A DNA stretch of 64,000 nt from an uncultured Gemmatimonadaceae bacterium (GCA_963829055.1 CAWHHI010000016.1:1056001-1120000); one strand, 5' to 3'. Shown: positions 20,253 through 30,745, counted from the first letter of the stretch. The notes: generated by a model not told the origin, from the sequence alone. Translations and numbers: made by a program.

Positions 20253-22115
20253 CTACAGCGCACCGCGAGTAGCTCGTGGGGCCCGCAGCGCGTCGGTCTC
20301 TGGCACTGGCACCGGAAGGAAGTCCTCGCCGGGGTTGATGAATTGGTCCCGCTCGACGTGATACTGTTTGTCGTACAGTTGACGATACCGGCCATTGGCC
20401 GCGATCAGCTGGCCATGGGTTCCGCGCTCGATGATCCGGCCGTCCTCCATCACGAGGATCTGGTCCGCGCTCTCGATGGTCGACAAGCGATGCGCGATGA
20501 CGAACGTCGTTCGCCCTTGGCGGAGCGAGCGCAGGCCGTCGCGGATGAGCGCTTCGCTCTCGCTGTCCAGGCTCGACGTCGCCTCGTCCAGAATGAGAAT
20601 GCGCGGATCCGCGAGGATCGCGCGCGCGATGGCCACGCGCTGCCGCTGTCCGCCCGAGAGCTTTACGCCGCGTTCACCGACGATGGTGTCGTACTTCGCC
20701 TCGAACTTGTCGATGAACTCGTCACAGTGCGCGATCCGGCTCACCGCGCGAACCTCGTCGTCGGTGGCGTTAGGCTTCGCGAACGCGATGTTCTCCTTGA
20801 TCGTGCCGTCGAACAGGAAGTTGTCCTGCATGACGACGCCGAGATTCCCGCGATAGTCGCGAAGCCTGAGCGTCGCGATGTCCGCGCCGTCCACGAGCAC
20901 GCGGCCACTCGTCGGTCGATTGAACGCGGTGACGAGCCCGATGAGCGTGCTCTTGCCCGCACCGCTCGATCCCACGAGCGCCGTCGTCGTGCCAGCCGCG
21001 GTCGTGAACGACACGTCGCGCAACACGGGAACACCAGGCACGTACTCGAAGCTCACGTGCTCGAACGCGATGTCGCCCCGCACCTCGCTGATCGGCTCGC
21101 GCTGGGTGTCCTCCTGATCTTCGGTCGACGTCTGCCTGATCTCGCGGATCCGATCGAGGCCGGCGAACGCTTCGCTCACCTGCGTCCCGATGGACGCGAT
21201 TTGTACCAGCGGCGCGGCCACGAGCCCGATGAAGAAGATGTACATGACGAAGTCGCCGAGCGTCATCGTGCCGCCCACAATGGATCGCCCGCCGACGATG
21301 ATCATGAGCACGCCGATCACGCCGACGATCACGGTCGTGGCGGCGCCCACCGCCGACGTGCCCGTGATGGTGTCTGCAACATTCTTGAACAGCCGCTGAA
21401 TCCCCTCGGCGAAGATTCGCTCTTCGCGCTGCTCGGCCGTGTACACCTTGACCGTGCGAATCCCGCCTAACGCCTCACCGAGGCGGCCGGTCACTTCGGC
21501 GTTGATCTCACTGCGTTTCCGGAAGAGCGGACGTAGCCGCTTGAAGGCCACCGCCATCATCGCACCGAACGCCGACAGCACGATGATCGTCGACGCCGTG
21601 AGGTGCCAGTTGAGGTAGAACAGCACGCCAAGCGCGATGATCGCGGTGAGGAGCCCGCCCACCAGCTGCACGAGCCCCGTCCCGATCAGGTTCCGGATTC
21701 CTTCCGCGTCCGACATCACGCGCGAGATCAGAACGCCGGACTTGGTCGAGTCGAAGAACGACACCGGCAGGCGCAGGACGTGGCGCTGCACGTCGATGCG
21801 GAGGTCGCTGATCGCACGCTGCGCCGCGATGCTCACCGTCTGCGCCAGCAGGAACGAGGTGATCGCCTGAATGACCGTGGCGCCCCCCACGGCCAGCGCG
21901 AGCGGAACCAGCTTCGTCAGATCGTGCTTTCCAAGGACGTTGTCGATGAGGTACTTCGACGACGCCGGCAGTACCAGCCCGGCGAGTCGGTTCACGAGCA
22001 TCAACACGAGCCCGAGTCCGAGCGAGCGGCGGTGCTTCCAGATCAGCGCACGGGCTTCGGGCCAGGCACGCGCCATGTTGACGCGTGGTTTTTTCGGCGG
22101 GACGGGATCAGCCAT
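20253..22115 (-). CDS. ABC exporter, fused permease/ATP-binding protein (MsbA-like)
   Basis: Six TM N-terminus; [33 protein letters not shown]. Confidence 0.95.
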   Translation of the reverse strand: MADPVPPKKPRVNMARAWPEARALIWKHRRSLGLGLVLMLVNRLAGLVLPASSKYLIDNVLGKHDLTKLVPLALAVGGATVIQAITSFLLAQTVSIAAQRAISDLRIDVQRHVLRLPVSFFDSTKSGVLISRVMSDAEGIRNLIGTGLVQLVGGLLTAIIALGVLFYLNWHLTASTIIVLSAFGAMMAVAFKRLRPLFRKRSEINAEVTGRLGEALGGIRTVKVYTAEQREERIFAEGIQRLFKNVADTITGTSAVGAATTVIVGVIGVLMIIVGGRSIVGGTMTLGDFVMYIFFIGLVAAPLVQIASIGTQVSEAFAGLDRIREIRQTSTEDQEDTQREPISEVRGDIAFEHVSFEYVPGVPVLRDVSFTTAAGTTTALVGSSGAGKSTLIGLVTAFNRPTSGRVLVDGADIATLRLRDYRGNLGVVMQDNFLFDGTIKENIAFAKPNATDDEVRAVSRIAHCDEFIDKFEAKYDTIVGERGVKLSGGQRQRVAIARAILADPRILILDEATSSLDSESEALIRDGLRSLRQGRTTFVIAHRLSTIESADQILVMEDGRIIERGTHGQLIAANGRYRQLYDKQYHVERDQFINPGEDFLPVPVPETDALRAPRATRGAL

Positions 22116-22120
22116 TCGGG

Positions 22121-24334
22121 TCAGAACCTCGCGCGGATCGTCACGAACACGTTCCGCTGCGGGAGAACGTAGTAGTAGGACGTCGTGCCGTCGGTGTAAC
22201 CACCGGTGTAGAACGGCGTGTTCGTCAGATTGTTCGCGCGGATGCCGAGTGTGTAACGCAGGATCGTCCAGCCGACCGTGCCATCGAGCGTGGCGCGTCC
22301 CGGCGTCGTGAACCGGGCATCACTCGTGTTGGCGAGATAGGATCGGCCGACGAATCGCCCGTCGAGCGAGGTGGTGAGCCCGCGGCCTAACGCGTAGCGG
22401 AGCGACGCGTTCGCGATGACGCGCGGCGTGAGCAACGGCTCGACGTCGCGGTACGTGACACCCGCGGCGTCATCGGTGTAGGCATCGATCCGGTTCTGAC
22501 TCACCGTCGCGTTGAGCGTGCCGGTGAGTGCCGCGGTCGCGCGGAAGGCCGCGTCTATCTCCACACCACGCCGGTAGCTGCTCGCCACGTTCTTCCGCAG
22601 CGGGAGGCCAAGGTAGCTGAGCTCTCCGATCGGCGAGATCTCGTTGTGGAAGTCCATCGAGTAGAGGTTGGCCTGCACGCCGAAGCGGGCAGTGCGCAAT
22701 GCTATCCCCGCTTCGAGATCTCGAACGGACTCTGGCTTGACGCGCGCGAAATCGCCGACGAACTCGACGTTCGACGTGTCGAGATTGTCGAAGCCGGCCA
22801 GCATGTCGTTGCGCGCGGGCTCGCGACCGTTGCGGCCGTACGAGGCGTACAACGCGCCAGGCGCTGTTCGCCTGCCACGTCACACCGATCTTTGGGTTCA
22901 CGAACGTCCAGTCGATGCTGACGACTGGTGATGCCGGCATTCACGTCGGGCTCGTACCGGAAGGCAGCGTACCGAACCTGCAAGTCCCCGAGGATCGACC
23001 ACGCGCCCACGCCATACGTCGCTTTCGCGAACGCGCTCGCATCGTCTTTCTCGCCCGTGTTGTCGTAGAGGCGGGTGTCGAGGTCGGGCCTGACGACGGC
23101 GTAGTGCGATCGTCGATACCCGTTCGCGTGAGCACCGCCGAGCAGCTGCAATCGACCAACGCGTGCGCGCGCGGTCGCGATCGCACCGCACGGCGTTGGA
23201 TGCGAGGTTGAAGTTCTCGAGATCCGGATCGACGCGAACGTCGTAATTGCCGTCCGACCACATCCCGTACGCGGTCACGCCGACGCTGGCATCGGGGCCA
23301 AGGAGACGAGTGTATTGGGCGCTCGCGAAATCCTGGAAGAAGTCATCACGTTCGGACTCCGTGAGCGGATTCGCGCGCGGATCCGCTGCCAGGTCTTCCG
23401 CGGACGCCGCGAGATACGCGAGCCCGTTGCGCGCGCGTCCGCCGAACGCGACGAGCTTCACGATGTCACGGTCGCCGAAGTAGCCGCCGCTCAAAAAGAA
23501 CGACTCTGACCGATTGCTCGAGTTGCGGCGATAGCCTTCCGTCTGCTGCACCGATCCGCGCGCGTACAATGAAAGGCGCGAGGGCAAGAGCCCCGTCGCA
23601 TACTCGAGGCTACCGCGATTCGAGTCGAACGATCCTCGCTCGAGTTGCACCTCGCCCCCGCGTTGCCCACCTGCGAGGCTGACCGACTCCATCATCAGCG
23701 AGCCCGCATACGACGCGACGCCATTCGAGCTCGCCCCGACGCCTCGCTGCAGCTCGACCGATTGCAGGCTATTCGTCAGATCCGGGAAGTTCGAGAAGTA
23801 GACGAAGTGATCTTCCGGGTCGTTGAGTGGAATGCCGTCGAGCGTGATGTTGATGCGAGTCTGGTCGATGCCACGCAGCCGCATGTACGAGTACCCGGAG
23901 AACGACCCGGCATCCGAGTACGCCGTGACCGACGGTGCCGTCGTGAGCAGCAGCGGCAACTCCTGTCCGAAGTAGCGACGATCGAGCTCGGCCTCGTCGA
24001 TCGTCGCGCGCGTGACCGGCGCGGCATCGTCACCGCGGACCGCCGTGATCGTCGACGCTTCCAGCGTGCGAGCCGTGGGCGTCAGGACCACCAGGAGCGT
24101 GCTATCGCCGGGCGCCGCGACAAGCTCACGAGGCGTGTACCCCGCGCGAAAAAACCGCAAGCGGGTGGTCGTTGACGTCACCAGGCGGAATCTGCCGTGC
24201 GTGTCTGTGCGAACCGTGTCGCTCCCACCGACCGCGCTGACGATCACGCCAGCGATGGGTTGGTCGTTCACCGCGCTTCGTACTTCGCCGCCGACATCGG
24301 CGGCGATCGCCAGCGCGAGAATCAAATGCACCAC
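22121..24334 (-). CDS. TonB-dependent receptor, thiamine/vitamin-precursor (Omr1-like) type (frameshifts near 23190 and 22855)
   Basis: Carboxypeptidase-regulatory-like N-domain; plug GQELPLLL..PSV..YSDAG..GYSYMRLRGIDQTRINITLDGIPLNDPE; C-terminal NNLTN...RNVFVTIRARF ending in Phe. The substrate class is inferred from plug similarity only. Confidence 0.85.
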
Positions 24335-24342
24335 CAGGGGTT

Positions 24343-24437
24343 CTCCGGCCGTTCAGGTCGGCAGCCGACAAGCCATGACGCTCGACGTCGTATCGCGGGC
24401 CGCCACGCGCGGCTCTCGTGGAGTGCCGAACGCGGAG
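24343..24437 (-). promoter_or_regulatory. Candidate structured 5' leader (riboswitch-like) sequestering the receptor RBS
   Basis: Minus strand CTCCG-CGTTCGG...CTGAACG-GC-CGGAG closes a stem that includes the GGAG RBS, with internal hairpins. No match to riboswitch consensus sequences I recognise. Confidence 0.35.
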
Positions 24438-24485
24438 CGAAAGCTAACTGCGCGTGCTGCCAAGCACTCTACTGTCGAGTCGACA

Positions 24486-24884
24486 CTACGCGTCGTCGAC
24501 GACGTCATGCCCCGCTGCTCTCAGAGCGGTGAGCGCACGCTGCAATGCAGAGGCGCGGACGAGCACGTAATCCGTGTCGTACGTGCCGATAGCCAGAATC
24601 GGAATCGCCGCGTCGGCAAGCGGACCGGCGAGCGAGACCAGCACGCCGACGAGGTCCGGCGCGAGCGGCCCTTCCACCGCAATCGCCACGTAGCCTCGCT
24701 CGGCTCTCACGACCGCGGGAACGCGATCATCGGCGCACACGATCGACAGCTCACTCCCCGCTCGCGTGACGGAGACAAACCCCGGGCCGTTTGCCCAAGG
24801 CGGAATTGGAGCGTTGCCATCCAGGCGACAGACGGCGAGCGGCTCAGGTGACACGCGGAGTCGCATCCGGGGCGCCGGCGTCAC
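24486..24884 (-). CDS. ACT domain protein (ACT_7/CASTOR-like)
   Basis: FVSVTRAGSELSIVC...VEGPLAPDLVGVL..LAGPLADAAIPILAIGTYDTDYVLV. Confidence 0.88.
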   Translation of the reverse strand: MTPAPRMRLRVSPEPLAVCRLDGNAPIPPWANGPGFVSVTRAGSELSIVCADDRVPAVVRAERGYVAIAVEGPLAPDLVGVLVSLAGPLADAAIPILAIGTYDTDYVLVRASALQRALTALRAAGHDVVDDA

Positions 24885-25645
24885 GCCGAGCGGGCGATGA
24901 ATCCCGCGCGCACGTGAATGGGCCAGCGCACCAGGTGCGTGGATTCGTCAGCGCCCCAGTGCGCCCGCAGTTCATCTCGCACCGCGATCACCGGGTCACG
25001 ACCAATGGCCGCCGCGAGATTACGCGTCGCGGACCATGTGCGGAGATACCCCGCGAATTGATCGAGCGTCAGCTGCACTTCGATGTCGAGCGGCGGTGCT
25101 GGCACATCGTCGAACGGCATGGCAATCGTTCGATAGCCATCGTCGACGAGCCGGCGTTCCGGCGACCAGTATGGCCTGCACGTTTCCGAGTAGTATCGCT
25201 CGACGACGTCGTCGATGGCGCCGGACAACTGTGGACGCGTGTAACACCAGACGGCGAGCGCGCCACCGGGCGTCAACACGCGCCGGACCTCGGCGAAGAA
25301 GCGGTCGAGCGGAAACCAGTGAAGCGCCTGCGCGACCGTCACGAGATCAACAGACCCCGCTTCGAGCCCGCTCGCGTCCGCCAGCGCGACGGCGTACGAC
25401 ACGCGCGCGTGCGGCGTCGCGTGAGCGATCTGCTCGGGGCTCGCGTCCGTTGCGACGACGCGTTCGAAGTGATTCGCGAGCGGTACAGCAGCCTGCCCGC
25501 TACCGGTCGCGCAATCCCACGCCGTGTGGCGCGCGGCTGGGAGCGACGCGACGAAGTCGAACAGCGCGGCCGGATATCGCGGTCGGAAGGTCGCGTACTC
25601 CGCCGCGCTCGACGAGAAGTAGTCTTTGAAAGTGGGCGCCGTCAT
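24881..25645 (-). CDS. Class I SAM-dependent methyltransferase
   Basis: FKDYFS...YATFRPRYP, WDCATGSGQ, DLVTVAQALHWF, YLRTWSA. Confidence 0.9.
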   Translation of the reverse strand: MTAPTFKDYFSSSAAEYATFRPRYPAALFDFVASLPAARHTAWDCATGSGQAAVPLANHFERVVATDASPEQIAHATPHARVSYAVALADASGLEAGSVDLVTVAQALHWFPLDRFFAEVRRVLTPGGALAVWCYTRPQLSGAIDDVVERYYSETCRPYWSPERRLVDDGYRTIAMPFDDVPAPPLDIEVQLTLDQFAGYLRTWSATRNLAAAIGRDPVIAVRDELRAHWGADESTHLVRWPIHVRAGFIARSA

Positions 25646-25780
25646 GTCGATTGATTGACGCGGATGATATCTCGCTGCACCATCACGCGCGAGTTGGCGT
25701 GAACAAGCGCGACGGTGACGCGCGTCACTCGTCAAGAGATTGCACGGTGTCGCACAAGGTTCCCTCGGCCCAAAGGTGCA

Positions 25781-27484
25781 GTGTTCGTCCCGAAGCTGTT
25801 CACGACCCTCGAGAACTACGACCGCCAGCAGTTCACGAACGATCTCACGGCCGGCGTGATCGTTGGCATCGTGGCGCTGCCACTGGCGATCGCGTTCGGC
25901 ATCGCGAGCGGCGTGACGCCGGCACAAGGCCTCTACACCGCAATCGTCGCTGGCTTCCTCATCTCCGCACTCGGCGGCTCTCGCGTGCAGATCGGCGGCC
26001 CCACCGGGGCGTTCGTCGTCGTGGTCTACGCGATCGTCCAACGGTACGGGGTGTCCGGGCTCGCGGCCGCGACATTCATGGCCGGTGTGATTCTCATACT
26101 GCTCGGGGTGTTCAAGCTCGGAACGCTCATCAAGTTCATTCCGCACCCGTTGATCACCGGGTTCACATCGGGCATCGCCGTGATCATCGCGTCGAACGAG
26201 CTCCGCGACTTCTTTGGCCTGCAGGTCGCGACGATGCCGTCCGAGTTCGTGGAGAAGCTCGACGTATTGTGGGGAGCGGCCGGTAGCGTGAATCCATGGG
26301 CGGTCGCGGTAGCCTCGTTCACGTTAGGCCTGCTCATCGGGTGGCGCCACCTCAACTGGCGACTCCCCGGCCCATTCGTCGCGCTCGTCGTCACGACGGC
26401 CATCGTGCAGCTGTTTCACCTGCCGGTGGAGACCATCGGAAGCCGGTTTGGCGCGCTCGATCTCGCCTTCCCCGCCCCGTCCATTCCGTCCATTTCGTTC
26501 TCGGATGTGCGCGGTCTCGTCGGACCAGCATTCACGATCGCCGCGCTCGGCGCCATCGAGTCGCTGCTCTCGGCCATGGTCGCCGATGGCATGATCGGCG
26601 GACGACACCGATCGAACATGGAGTTGGTCGCGCAGGGCATCGCGAACATTGCGTCGCCGATGTTCGGCGGCATTCCCGCAACGGGCGCGATCGCGCGCAC
26701 CGCGACGAACGTGAAGAATGGTGGCCGCACGCCGGTCGCGGGAATGATTCACGCGTTGACGTTGCTGCTGATCGTGCTCGTGTTCGGGAAGTGGGCTGCG
26801 CTCATTCCGATGGCGACGCTCGCCGGCGTGCTGATGCTCGTCGCGTATCAGATGAGCGAGTGGCGCGTGTTCCGCGCCGAGCTGCGAGGGCCGCGCGAGG
26901 ACGCGGCGGTGCTCGTGACGACATTTCTGCTCACCGTCATCGTGGATCTCACGGTGGCCATCGGCGTCGGAATGGTGCTCGCATCTTTCCTGTTCATGAA
27001 GCGGATGGCCGAAGCGACGAACGTATCCGCCGTCACGCGCGAGTTGCGAAAGGATGGCGACGACACCACGTACTCCGCGCCCGGCGCGATCAGTCAGCGC
27101 AGCGTCCCGGAGCGCGTCGAAGTATTCGAGATCAGCGGCGCATTCTTCTTCGGTGCGGCGGAGGCGTTCAAGGAAGCGTTAGGCCAGATCTCCGGCCGTC
27201 CGTGGGTGATCATCATCCGGATGCGCGACGTGAGCGTCCTCGATTCATCGGGTCTGCATGCGCTTCAGGAAGTCGTCCGCCGGTTTCGTCGCGACCGCAC
27301 CGTGGTGTTGCTGGCCGAGGTGCATGCGCAGCCGCTCGCGGTGATCGAGGCATCCGAGCTATTCACCGAGATGGAGGACGACATCTTCATGGACATTGAC
27401 GACGCGCTGGACCGGGCCCGCGGTCACGTGGCTACGCGTACCACCGGCACCGTCCCCGCCGTAGCAGCGAATCCCACTCAGTAA
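25781..27484 (+). CDS. sulP: SulP/SLC26 anion permease with STAS domain
   Basis: DLTAGVIVGIVALPLAIAFGIASG, QIGGPTGAF, IESLLSA, GGIPATGAIART, STAS FFFGAA...LDSSG. Confidence 0.95.
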   Translation: MFVPKLFTTLENYDRQQFTNDLTAGVIVGIVALPLAIAFGIASGVTPAQGLYTAIVAGFLISALGGSRVQIGGPTGAFVVVVYAIVQRYGVSGLAAATFMAGVILILLGVFKLGTLIKFIPHPLITGFTSGIAVIIASNELRDFFGLQVATMPSEFVEKLDVLWGAAGSVNPWAVAVASFTLGLLIGWRHLNWRLPGPFVALVVTTAIVQLFHLPVETIGSRFGALDLAFPAPSIPSISFSDVRGLVGPAFTIAALGAIESLLSAMVADGMIGGRHRSNMELVAQGIANIASPMFGGIPATGAIARTATNVKNGGRTPVAGMIHALTLLLIVLVFGKWAALIPMATLAGVLMLVAYQMSEWRVFRAELRGPREDAAVLVTTFLLTVIVDLTVAIGVGMVLASFLFMKRMAEATNVSAVTRELRKDGDDTTYSAPGAISQRSVPERVEVFEISGAFFFGAAEAFKEALGQISGRPWVIIIRMRDVSVLDSSGLHALQEVVRRFRRDRTVVLLAEVHAQPLAVIEASELFTEMEDDIFMDIDDALDRARGHVATRTTGTVPAVAANPTQ

Positions 27485-27522
27485 GAGCCACGGGGTGGCG
27501 GAATAGAAACCGCAGGAAACAG

Positions 27523-27557
27523 CACCGCCGCGCTCGAGCAAATCGAGCGCGGCGGTG
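27523..27557. terminator. Bidirectional terminator hairpin between convergent genes
   Basis: CACCGCCGCGCTCGA-GCAAA-TCGAGCGCGGCGGTG, 15-bp stem. Confidence 0.7.
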
Positions 27558-27586
27558 TTCGTTGCGCCAATCGACTGACTACTCGA

Positions 27587-27865
27587 TCACCCAGGCGGAA
27601 GCTGCTGACGGACATTCTTGTTTCCCGCCGCGACTCCCAGCGCGACGCTGAGCCCGAACGCGATCGCGCTCCCGGCACCAACGAACGGAAGTAGCCACAC
27701 GATCGGCGCAGCAATGATAGCCGCGCCTATGCCGGCGACGAACGGAGCCAGTGGGCTGCGCGCCGCATCCACGTACCGGAGACGACGGGCGACAAAATCC
27801 TTCGCCTGCGTAAAGCCAATGATCACCGCTGCCGTTGACAGCGCGAATGCGAGCAATCCGAACAC
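27587..27865 (-). CDS. Small hypothetical membrane protein
   Basis: 92-aa hydrophobic ORF with a strong GAGGGGG RBS before the GTG. Confidence 0.75.
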   Translation of the reverse strand: MFGLLAFALSTAAVIIGFTQAKDFVARRLRYVDAARSPLAPFVAGIGAAIIAAPIVWLLPFVGAGSAIAFGLSVALGVAAGNKNVRQQLPPG

Positions 27866-28006
27866 GTGTACCCCCTCGTAACGTTGCTACGTTAGTAACC
27901 TTGGTGTCCGTACGGCGCCTGCGCGAGGCGGGTTTCGGCGCGAGCGGTCGGAGGCGGGACCGAGCATGCGGGCGATCGATCGATTCACATCTAGCATACA
28001 TCGAAA

Positions 28007-28990
28007 ATGCGAGCCGCGGTCATTACTCGTCCAGGCGGACCGGACGTTCTCGAGATTCGTGACGTCGATCGACCCACCCTGGCGGCGGATGGCGTGCTCG
28101 TGCGAGTACGTGCATCGGCGATCAACCGCGCTGATCTCATGCAACGACGCGGCGCGTATCCCGCCCCACCGGGTTCTCCGCGTGACATCCCCGGCATCGA
28201 ATACGCGGGCGAGGTCGTCGAGGTTGGCGCGACAGTGACCGACCTGCGGAGCGGCGATCGCGTGTTCGGTATCGCGGGCGGCGGTGCGCACGCTGAGTTC
28301 ATCGCTGTCCCGGCGAGCACGGCCGCGCGAATTCCTGGTGCGCTTTCGTGGACGGACGCTGGCGCCATTCCCGAAGCGTACATCACCGCGCACGACGCGA
28401 TGGTCACGCAGGGTGGGCTCGGGCGCGACATGCGCGTGCTCATCCATGCCGTGGGCAGCGGAGTCGGACTCGCCGCGGTGCAGATCGCGCGCGCCGTGGG
28501 TGCGATCCCCTACGGGACGTCGCGGACCGCGGACAAGATCGAGCGCGCAGCCGCATTCGGACTCGAGCATGGCGCTACCGTGCGAGACGCGTCCGACCTC
28601 GGCGCCGCAGTGCGAGATTGGGCACCGGCTGGCTTCGACGTCGTCCTCGACCTCGTTGGCGGGGCCTACACCCCTGCAAGCATCGACGTGTTGGCGATGC
28701 GCGGGCGGCTCATGCTCGTGGGCCTGGTGGCCGGCGCAACCGCATCAGTCGACCTCCGGCGCATTCTCTCACGGCGCATTGCGGTGATCGGAACAATGCT
28801 GCGCGGACGCTCCGTGGATGAAAAGGCCGCGGCGACCCGGGCGTTCATGCGTGACTTGGCGCGTGGCTTTGAGACTGGCGCCCTTCGCGCCGTCGTCGAT
28901 CAGGTGTTCACGCTCGACGCCCTCGCTGATGCGCACCGACGCGTGGAATCGAACGAGACGTTCGGCAAGGTCGTGGTCGTCGTCCCGTAG
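28007..28990 (+). CDS. NAD(P)H-quinone oxidoreductase (PIG3/zeta-crystallin MDR family)
   Basis: INRADLMQRRGAYP, PGIEYAGEV, IPEAYITA, HAVGSGVG, FGKVV. Confidence 0.92.
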   Translation: MRAAVITRPGGPDVLEIRDVDRPTLAADGVLVRVRASAINRADLMQRRGAYPAPPGSPRDIPGIEYAGEVVEVGATVTDLRSGDRVFGIAGGGAHAEFIAVPASTAARIPGALSWTDAGAIPEAYITAHDAMVTQGGLGRDMRVLIHAVGSGVGLAAVQIARAVGAIPYGTSRTADKIERAAAFGLEHGATVRDASDLGAAVRDWAPAGFDVVLDLVGGAYTPASIDVLAMRGRLMLVGLVAGATASVDLRRILSRRIAVIGTMLRGRSVDEKAAATRAFMRDLARGFETGALRAVVDQVFTLDALADAHRRVESNETFGKVVVVVP

Positions 28991-29170
28991 CGCCTGCCGC
29001 GATTTATCTCGCCCTGCACCTCCGTTCGAGCGCCTTGTCACGCGCGCAAGGCGATCCGGCGCGTACGGCAGTCATACTGATAGCGAGCCAATCTCTCTGA
29101 TTGTACGCGCCGACCGGCGTACCGGGACGTCGCTCGCCGCAGTGGCCACCATCACAGCGCGGAGGAGGCT

Positions 29171-29716
29171 TTGAATCCCGGTTCGATCGTGCTGGCAACA
29201 GTCCTGACGCTCGGTGGACCCTTCTTTCCCGCTTCACTCGTCCACTCGACGCCACGCGCTGACGCCCGCCGTTGTTCCATCAGCGCCCAGGGAGCGCAGA
29301 GCGACTGCGCCGTCATTGGGGCGCAGTGGGTCGTGACTACGGCCAGTGTGGTCGCGAGCGCTCGCGTCGTCGGCGGCCGCGTGCACGTCACCATCGGGGA
29401 CGATCAGTACGCCGTTGACCAGGTCGTGTATCACCCGCAATGGACCGGCGGCGTCAAGTTCGACGTGACGCTGCTCAAGTTGACCGAGCAGGTTCGCTCC
29501 TTTCCGCTCCTGGCGCCGCCTGGCGAGTTCCCAATGAACGGCGAACGCATAGCGCTGCGCGCTCTCGCTCAACGTGAGTGGGTCACGCAGACGATCGGGC
29601 CGTCGGCACTCTGGGACAGTCCCCGATCAACCACGCTCGTCGCGAAGCAGTCTGCGCTCCTCACGAGAGTGCGATCGCTGATGGACGCGTGGGTTGGACG
29701 AACGTCGAACGATTGA
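29171..29716 (+). CDS. Exported hypothetical protein with degenerate trypsin-like N-terminal barrel
   Basis: Signal peptide; CAVIGAQWVVTTASVV and VVYHPQW...DVTLLKL resemble chymotrypsin motifs. GGAGG RBS before the TTG. Confidence 0.55.
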   Translation: MNPGSIVLATVLTLGGPFFPASLVHSTPRADARRCSISAQGAQSDCAVIGAQWVVTTASVVASARVVGGRVHVTIGDDQYAVDQVVYHPQWTGGVKFDVTLLKLTEQVRSFPLLAPPGEFPMNGERIALRALAQREWVTQTIGPSALWDSPRSTTLVAKQSALLTRVRSLMDAWVGRTSND

Positions 29717-29779
29717 ATCGCCCTGAGCGCACGTCGGAGGACCTCCAAAGGCGCGAGCGCTGCTCGCGCCTTTGACGTT

Positions 29780-30745
29780 CTACGGGTCCGTTCGGCCGTC
29801 TGCAACGAAAGCGATCCGATCGCCGCGCCCGCTCACCGCGATACGTGTGATGCCCTTCACGCCCGCCGAACCCAGATCCGCGATCTCGCGCCAATCGTCA
29901 CCGCTGTTGCCTGACCACCAGAACAGCCGAGAACCGCGACCGCACACGATCGAGCCTCCGGGCAACCAGGCGTAATCCTCGACGGTCTCCGGGAGTCGGA
30001 CGAGCCGCGCGGTCGCGCGGGTCGCCGGATCGAGCGACTCGATCCACCATTCCGTCGCTGAGACCTTCCGCACGAAGCTGATGCGCCGGCTGTCGGGAAT
30101 GCGATGGAGAGAACGCCCAATGCCCGAGGCGATCGTGTCCGCGACGCCTGTCCGGGTATCGGCGAGCTGCAACGTATTAGGAGAGCCGAGCACGAACAGC
30201 GCGAGCGTGTGGTCGTCGGCCCAGGCGTGATAGCCGACGGGCTTCACGCGCTCGAGAATCACGCTGGGAGGGCTCCCGTCGAGCGGGAAGCGCCAGAGTC
30301 GCTGTGCCGAATCGCGCTCGACACGCACGACGGAGATCGCGCGTCCCTGGTCCATCGCCGTCGCCGAGTACTCACTCTCGGGAGCAGTCGACGTAACGCG
30401 GGACGTCCCCTTCGTCGCAATGTCGTAGCGATATATGTCGGCTTGTGCATCATTCCGGACGGACGTGAAGAACACGCCCGATTGGTCCCAGCTGAAGCTT
30501 GGCTGGTTGTCGTAACCGGGCCGATCAGTGATGTTGATCGGTGCGCCGATTTTCGGCGTTCCCGCAGTTCGCGTTATCGACGCCAGGTATATATCTGGCG
30601 GCGGCGCGGGCCGCTCCGCGGGTCTGGTCGAAGCGGGTTGCTGCGCATTGGCGGGCTCGCCATAACACGCGACGGCGAGGCAGCAGGCGGTCGCGAATGC
30701 GGTCCGAGAGCGCAGGCGAGGGAACTTTTGCCGAAAAGCGAACAC
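29780..30745 (-). CDS. Exported TolB-like (PD40/WD40-like) beta-propeller protein
   Basis: Signal peptide; ITDRPGYDNQPSFS, ESEYSAT, VKPVGYHAW, ITRIAVSGRGDRIAFVA. Start approximate. Confidence 0.8.
   Translation of the reverse strand: MFAFRQKFPRLRSRTAFATACCLAVACYGEPANAQQPASTRPAERPAPPPDIYLASITRTAGTPKIGAPINITDRPGYDNQPSFSWDQSGVFFTSVRNDAQADIYRYDIATKGTSRVTSTAPESEYSATAMDQGRAISVVRVERDSAQRLWRFPLDGSPPSVILERVKPVGYHAWADDHTLALFVLGSPNTLQLADTRTGVADTIASGIGRSLHRIPDSRRISFVRKVSATEWWIESLDPATRATARLVRLPETVEDYAWLPGGSIVCGRGSRLFWWSGNSGDDWREIADLGSAGVKGITRIAVSGRGDRIAFVADGRTDP

Noticed and set aside
24343..24480. TPP, FMN, cobalamin, SAM or NAD+ riboswitch before the TonB receptor
   Set aside because: The consensus elements I know for these classes are absent or out of order. 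Kept only as an unclassified structured-leader candidate.
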